Assembly (NCBI GenBank): GCA_964016885.1
Contig: OZ024766.1
Span: 18,972,001 to 19,036,000, forward strand
Length of the DNA: 64,000 nucleotides
Direction: 5' to 3'
Source of the DNA: Eledone cirrhosa
Lineage: Eukaryota
Part shown: piece after piece, positions 56,517 through 64,000 of the stretch
Position numbering within the stretch: the stretch's first letter is position 1
Layout of the letters: each line of letters opens with the position of its first letter
Translations under genes and position numbers: made by a program
The notes under the pieces: generated by a model
Database searches by the model: none
Told to the model about the DNA's origin: nothing
What the model saw: the letters and a program-made list of their open reading frames with translations, nothing else

Positions 56517-56739
56517 AGACATGTGGATATCATAATTATATATAAGATGTTTGAAGATAGTTGTTCAGAAAGGTGGGGGGTGGGGCGGGGAGGGGGGACT
56601 GCTGATAAGATAGAGGCTGAGTGGAGGTGGGAGGGAGGGGGGTTACATGTAAGTAGGAGAGGGGGGGAAGTGGTGTGGGTGGAAGCGATTGGTGGAGTGG
56701 TGAAGCAAAACAGGAATCAAGAGGTTTTAGGGATGACAG

Positions 56740-57640
56740 GGTGGTGTTGTAGTAGTGGTGGAGGTGGTGGAGGTGGTGGTGTAGTGGTGGTGGTGGTGGT
56801 GGTGGTGGAGGAGGTGGTGGTGTAGTGGTGGTGGTGGTGGTGTTGGTGGTGGAGGTGGTGGTGTAGTGGTGGTGGTGTTGGTGGTGGAGGTGGTGGTGTA
56901 GTGGTGGTGGTGGTGGTGGAGGTGGTGGTGTAGTGGTGGTGGTGGTGGTGTTGGTGGTGGAGGTGGTGGTGTAGTGGTGGTGGTGGAGGTGGTGGTGTAG
57001 TGGTGGTGGTGGTGGTGGTGTTGGTGGTGTAGTGGTGGTGGTGGTGGTGGAGGTGGTGGTGTAGTGGTGGTGGTGGTGGTGTTGGTGGTGGAGGTGGTGG
57101 TGTAGTGGTGGTGGTGGAGGTGGTGGTGTAGTGGTGGTGGTGGTGGTGTTGGTGGTGGAGGTGGTGGTGGTGTTGTAGTGGTGGTGGTGTTGTAGTAGTG
57201 GTGGAGGTGGTGGTGGTGTTGTAGTAGTGGTGGTGGTGGTGTTGTAGTGGTGGTGGTGTTGATGGTGTTGGTGTTGTAGTAGCGGTGGTGTTGAAGGTGA
57301 TGGTGGTGGTGGTGGTGGTGTAGTGGTGGTGGATTTGTAGTAGTGGTGGAGGTGGTGGTGGTGTTGTAGTAGTGGTGGTGGTGGTGTTGTAGTGGTGGTG
57401 GTGTTGATGGTGTTGGTGTTGTAGTAGCGGTGGTGTTGAAGGTGATGGTGGTGGTGGTGGTGGTGTAGTGGTGTTGGTGGTGGAGGTGGTGTTGGTGGTG
57501 GTAGTGATGGTAGTGGTGATGGTGGAGGTGGTGTTGTAGTAGTGGTGGTGGAGCGGTGGTGATGGTGGTGGTGGTGGTGATGGTAGTGGTGTTGTAGTGA
57601 TGGTGATGGTGGAGGTGGTATTGATGGTGGTGGTGGTGTT
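56740..57640. repeat. (GGT)n-derived compound repeat
   Basis: Direct reading. Confidence 0.92.
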
Positions 57641-57699
57641 GAGGATCCAGCCATATACACAGTGTGTTGTTGAATCTCCCTGAGAACTAAGACGACCAA

Positions 57700-60600
57700 C
57701 TCCACCACCACCACCCCCACCCCCACCACCACCACTACTACAACACCAACACCAACACCACCACCACCACCATTAGTCCAGAACTCACATATACACACAC
57801 ACTCCACCACCACCACCACTACTACAACACCACCACCACCACCACCACTACTACAACACCATCACCACCAACACCACTACTACAACACCACCACCACCAC
57901 CACCACTACTACAACACCACCACCACCACCACCACTACTACAACACCACCACCACCACCACCACTACTACAACACCATCCCCACCACCACCACTACTACA
58001 ACACCACCACCACCACCACCACTACTACAACACCATCCCCACCACCACCACTACTACAACACCACCACCACCACCACCACTACTACAACACCAACACCAA
58101 CACCACCACCACTACAACACCACCACCACCACCACCACTACTACAACACCACCACCACCACCACCACTACTACAACACCACCACCACCACCACCACTACT
58201 ACAACACCACCACCACCACCACCACTACTACAACACCACCACCACCACCACCACTACTACAACACCACCACCACCACCACCACTACTACAACACCACCAC
58301 CACCACCACCACTACTACAACACCACCACCACCACCACCACTACTACAACACCACCACCACCACCACCACTACTACAACACCACCACCACCACCACCACT
58401 ACTACAACACCACCACCACCACCACCACTACTACAACACCACCACCACCACCACCACTACTACAACACCACCACCACCACCACCACTACTACAACACCAC
58501 CACCACCACCACCACTACTACAACACCAACACCACCACCACCACTACTACAACACCATCACCACCACCACCACAACACCACCACCACCACCAACACCATT
58601 AGTCCAGAACTCACATATACACACACACTCCACCACCACCACCACTACTACAACACCACCACCACCACCACCACTACTACAACACCACCACCACCACCAC
58701 CACTACTACAACACCATCACCACCACCACCACTACTACAACACCACCACCACCACTACTACAACACCACCACCACCACCACCACTACTACAACACGACCA
58801 CCACCACCACCACTACTACAACACCATCACCACCACCACCACTACTACAACACCACCACCACCACCACCACTACTACAACACCACCACCACCACCACCAC
58901 CACTACTACAACACCATCACCACCACCACCACTACTACAACACCACCACCACCACCACCACTACTACAACACCACCACCACCACTACTACAACACCACCA
59001 CCACCACCATTAGTCCAGAACTCACATATACACACACACTCCACCACCACCACCACTACTACAACACCACCACCACCACCACCACTACAACACCACCTCC
59101 ACCACCACCACCACCACCACTACAACACCAACACCACTACCACCACTACTACAACACCATCACCACCACCACCACTACTACAACACCACCACCACCACCA
59201 CCACTACTACAACACCACCACCACTACAACACCACCACCACCACCACCACTACTACAACACCACCACCACCACACCACCACCACCACCACTACTACAACA
59301 CCACCACCACCACCACCACTACTACAACACCAACACCACCACCTCCACTACTACAACACCATCACCACCACCACCACTACTACAACACCATCACCACCAC
59401 CACCACCACTACTACAACACCATCACCACCACCACCACTACTACAACACCACCACCACCACCACTACTACAACACCACCACCACCAACACCATTAGTCCA
59501 GAACTCACATATACACACACACTCCACCACCACCACCACTACTACAACACCATCACCACCACCACCACCACTACTACAACACCACCACCACCACCACTAC
59601 TACAACACCATCACCACCACCACCACCACTACTACAACACCACCACCACCACTACTACAACACCACCACCACCACCACCACTACTACAACACCATCACCA
59701 CCACCACCACCACTACTACAACACCATCACCACCACCACCACTACTACAACACCACCACCACCACTACTACAACACCACCACCACCACCACCACTACTAC
59801 AACACCACCACCACCACCACCACTACTACAACACGACCACCACCACCACCACTACTACAACACCATCACCACCACTACTACAACACCACCACCACCACCA
59901 CCACTACTACAACACCATCACCACCACCACCACTACTACAACACCATCACCACCACCACCACTACTACAACACCACCACCACCACTACTACAACACCACC
60001 ACCACCACCACCACTACTACAACACCACCACCACCACCACCACTACTACAACACGACCACCACCACCACCACTACTACAACACCATCACCACCACCACCA
60101 CTACTACAACACCACCACCACCACTACTACAACACCACCACCACCACCACCACTACTACAACACCACCACCACCACCACCACTACTACAACACGACCACC
60201 ACCACCACCACTACTACAACACCATCACCACCACCACCACTACTACAACACCACCACCACCACTACTACAACACCACCACCACCACCACCACTACTACAA
60301 CACCACCACCACCACCACCACTACTACAACACCACCACCACCACCACCACTACTACAACACGACCACCACCACCACCACTACTACAACACCATCACCACC
60401 ACCACCACTACTACAACACCATCACCACCACCACCACTACTACAACACCACCACCACCACTACTACAACACCACCACCACCACCACCACTACTACAACAC
60501 CACCACCACCACCACCACTACTACAACACCACCACCACCACCACCACTACTACAACACCAACACCACCACCACCACTACTACAACACCACCACCACCACC

Positions 60601-60980
60601 ACCACTACTACAACACCACCACCACCACTACTACAACACGACCACCACCACCACCACTACTACAACACCACCACCACCACTACTACAACACCATCACCAC
60701 CACCACCACTACTACAACACCACCACCACCACCACCACTACTACAACACCACCCCCACCACCACCACTACTACAACACCACCACCACCACTACTACAACA
60801 CCACCACCACCACCACCACTACTACAACACCACCACCACCACTACTACAACACCACCACCACCACCACCACTACTACAACACCACCACCACCACCACCAC
60901 TACTACAACACCACCACCACCACCAACACCATTAGTCCAGAAGTCACATATACACACACACACCATCACCACCACCATCC
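57700..60980. repeat. ~26-bp minisatellite (CAC)nTACTACAA with a recurring unique marker
   Basis: Direct reading; CATTAGTCCAGAA.TCACATATACAC recurs 5 times. Confidence 0.93.
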
Positions 60981-61282
60981 CCACCACCAATACCCCATAT
61001 CACCCCCACCCCCGCCACCGCCACCCCACTCCCCACCCCTTTCGCTGGTTCACTACCTTCCATTCTGCGAGGGGGTAATTTGATTCACAGAACCTAGGGT
61101 GGGGTGGGGGTGGGTGGGGCTGGGTGGGGTGTAGTCAGGTGAAACTGTGTGGGGGAGGGATGCAAGTAGGACAGGAGAACTTTAGTGGAGCGGGGGGGGG
61201 GGGGGGGGGGGGTAGAGGTAGACATGGTGCGGGAGGGGCGACTACAACAGTAACAACAACCAGTAAGAAACCAGTAAAAGGT

Positions 61283-64000
61283 TGTGCCCCAGCATGGCCA
61301 CAGTCTAATGACTGAAACCAGTAAATAAAGGCAGTGCCCCAGCATGGTCACAGTCTAATGACTTAGACAAGTAAAACAATAGTGCCCCAGCATGGCCACA
61401 GTCTAAAGACTGAAACCAGTAAATAAAGGCAGTGCCCCAGCATGGCCACAGTCTAATGACTGAAACCAGTAAATAAAGGCAGTGCCCCAGCATGGTCACA
61501 GTCTAATGACTTAGACAAGTAAAACAATAGTGCCCCAGCATGGCCACAGTCTAATGACTGAAACCAGTAAATAAAGGCAGTGCCCCAGCATGGTCACAGT
61601 CTAATGACTTAGACAAGTAAAACAATAGTGCCCCAGCATGGCCACAGTCTAAAGACTGAAACCAGTAAATAAAGGCAGTGCCCCAGCATGGCCACAGTCT
61701 AATGACTGAAACCAGTAAATAAAGGCAGTGCCCCAGCATGGTCACAGTCTAATGACTTAGACAAGTAAAACAATAGTGCCCCAGCATGGCCACAGTCTAA
61801 TGACTGAAACCAGTAAATAAAGGCAGTGCCCCAGCATGGTCACAGTCTAATGACTTAGACAAGTAAAACAATAGTGCCCCAGCATGGCCACAGTCTAATG
61901 ACTGAAACCAGTAAAACAATAGTGCCCCAGCATGGCCACAGTCTAATGACTGAAACCAGTAAATAAAGGCAGTGCCCCAGCATGGTCACAGTCTAATGAC
62001 TTAGACAAGTAAAACAATAGTGCCCCAGCATGGTCACAGTCTAATGACTTAGACAAGTAAAACAATAGTGCCCCAGCATGGCCACAGTCTAATGACTGAA
62101 ACCAGTAAAACAATAGTGCCCCAGCATGGCCACAGTCTAATGACTGAAACCAGTAAATAAAGGCAGTGCCCCAGCATGGTCACAGTCTAATGACTTAGAC
62201 AAGTAAAACAATAGTGCCCCAGCATGGCCACAGTCTAAAGACTGAAACCAGTAAATAAAGGCAGTGCCCCAGCATGGCCACAGTCTAATGACTGAAACCA
62301 GTAAATAAAGGCAGTGCCCCAGCATGGTCACAGTCTAATGACTTAGACAAGTAAAACAATAGTGCCCCAGCATGGCCACAGTCTAATGACTGAAACCAGT
62401 AAATAAAGGCAGTGCCCCAGCATGGTCACAGTCTAATGACTTAGACAAGTAAAACAATAGTGCCCCAGCATGGCCACAGTCTAATGACTGAAACCAGTAA
62501 AACAATAGTGCCCCAGCATGGCCACAGTCTAATGACTGAAACCAGTAAATAAAGGCAGTGCCCCAGCATGGTCACAGTCTAATGACTTAGACAAGTAAAA
62601 CAATAGTGCCCCAGCATGGTCACAGTCTAATGACTTAGACAAGTAAAACAATAGTGCCCCAGCATGGCCACAGTCTAATGACTGAAACCAGTAAAACAAT
62701 AGTGCCCCAGCATGGCCACAGTCTAATGACTGAAACCAGTAAATAAAGGCAGTGCCCCAGCATGGTCACAGTCTAATGACTTAGACAAGTAAAACAATAG
62801 TGCCCCAGCATGGCCACAGTCTAATGACTGAAATCAGTAAAACAATAGTGCCCCAGCATGGCCACAGTCTAATGACTGAAACCAGTAAATAAAGGCAGTG
62901 CCCCAGCATGGTCACAGTCTAATGACTTAGACAAGTAAAACAATAGTGCCCCAGCATGGTCACAGTCTAATGACTTAGACAAGTAAAACAATAGTGCCCC
63001 AGCATGGCCACAGTCTAATGACTGAAACCAGTAAAACAATAGTGCCCCAGCATGGCCACAGTCTAATGACTGAAACCAGTAAATAAAGGCAGTGCCCCAG
63101 CATGGTCACAGTCTAATGACTTAGACAAGTAAAACAATAGTGCCCCAGCATGGCCACAGTCTAATGACTGAAATCAGTAAAACAATAGTGCCCCAGCATG
63201 GCCACAGTCTAATGACTGAAACCAGTAAATAAAGGCAGTGCCCCAGCATGGTCACAGTCTAATGACTTAGACAAGTAAAACAATAGTGCCCCAGCATGGC
63301 CACAGTCTAATGACTGAAACCAGTAAAACAATAGTGCCCCAGCATGGCCACAGTCTAATGACTGAAACCAGTAAAACAATAGTGCCCCAGCATGGCCACA
63401 GTCTAATGACTGAAACCAGTAAATAAAGGCAGTGCCCCAGCATGGTCACAGTCTAATGACTTAGACAAGTAAAACAATAGTGCCCCAGCATGGTCACAGT
63501 CTAATGACTTAGACAAGTAAAACAATAGTGCCCCAGCATGGCCACAGTCTAATGACTGAAACCAGTAAAACAATAGTGCCCCAGCATGGCCACAGTCTAA
63601 TGACTGAAACCAGTAAATAAAGGCAGTGCCCCAGCATGGTCACAGTCTAATGACTTAGACAAGTAAAACAATAGTGCCCCAGCATGGCCACAGTCTAATG
63701 ACTGAAATCAGTAAAACAATAGTGCCCCAGCATGGCCACAGTCTAATGACTGAAACCAGTAAATAAAGGCAGTGCCCCAGCATGGTCACAGTCTAATGAC
63801 TTAGACAAGTAAAACAATAGTGCCCCAGCATGGTCACAGTCTAATGACTTAGACAAGTAAAACAATAGTGCCCCAGCATGGCCACAGTCTAATGACTGAA
63901 ACCAGTAAAACAATAGTGCCCCAGCATGGCCACAGTCTAATGACTGAAACCAGTAAATAAAGGCAGTGCCCCAGCATGGTCACAGTCTAATGACTTAGAC
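61283..64000 (+). repeat. 48/50-bp satellite with higher-order structure, probably SINE 3'-end derived
   Basis: GTGCCCCAGCATGG(C/T)CACAGTCTAATGACT followed by one of three alternative endings; runs off the window. Confidence 0.95.

Overview
Eukaryotic, extremely repeat-dense DNA. The SINE/LINE fragments resemble octopus repeats, but that assignment is from recall and is not verified. Almost every ORF in the track is an artefact of microsatellites or satellites. The only convincing coding stretch is a 5'-truncated RTE-clade LINE ORF (19797-20657, minus strand). Three patterns stand out. (1) About ten minimal type I hammerhead ribozyme motifs of three sequence families cluster at 46.4-54.8 kb, mostly inside inverted Penelope-type pLTR-like repeats. 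(2) Several satellites (61, 114/139, 39, 22 and 48/50 bp) can be traced to pieces of retroelements, mostly 3' ends. (3) A chimeric tRNA-headed SINE (two copies) shares its 3' tail with the RTE LINE. A CRE/ETS-rich promoter-like island lies at about 42.1-42.3 kb. A few short unique islands with splice signals could be exons of an unidentified host gene (low confidence).
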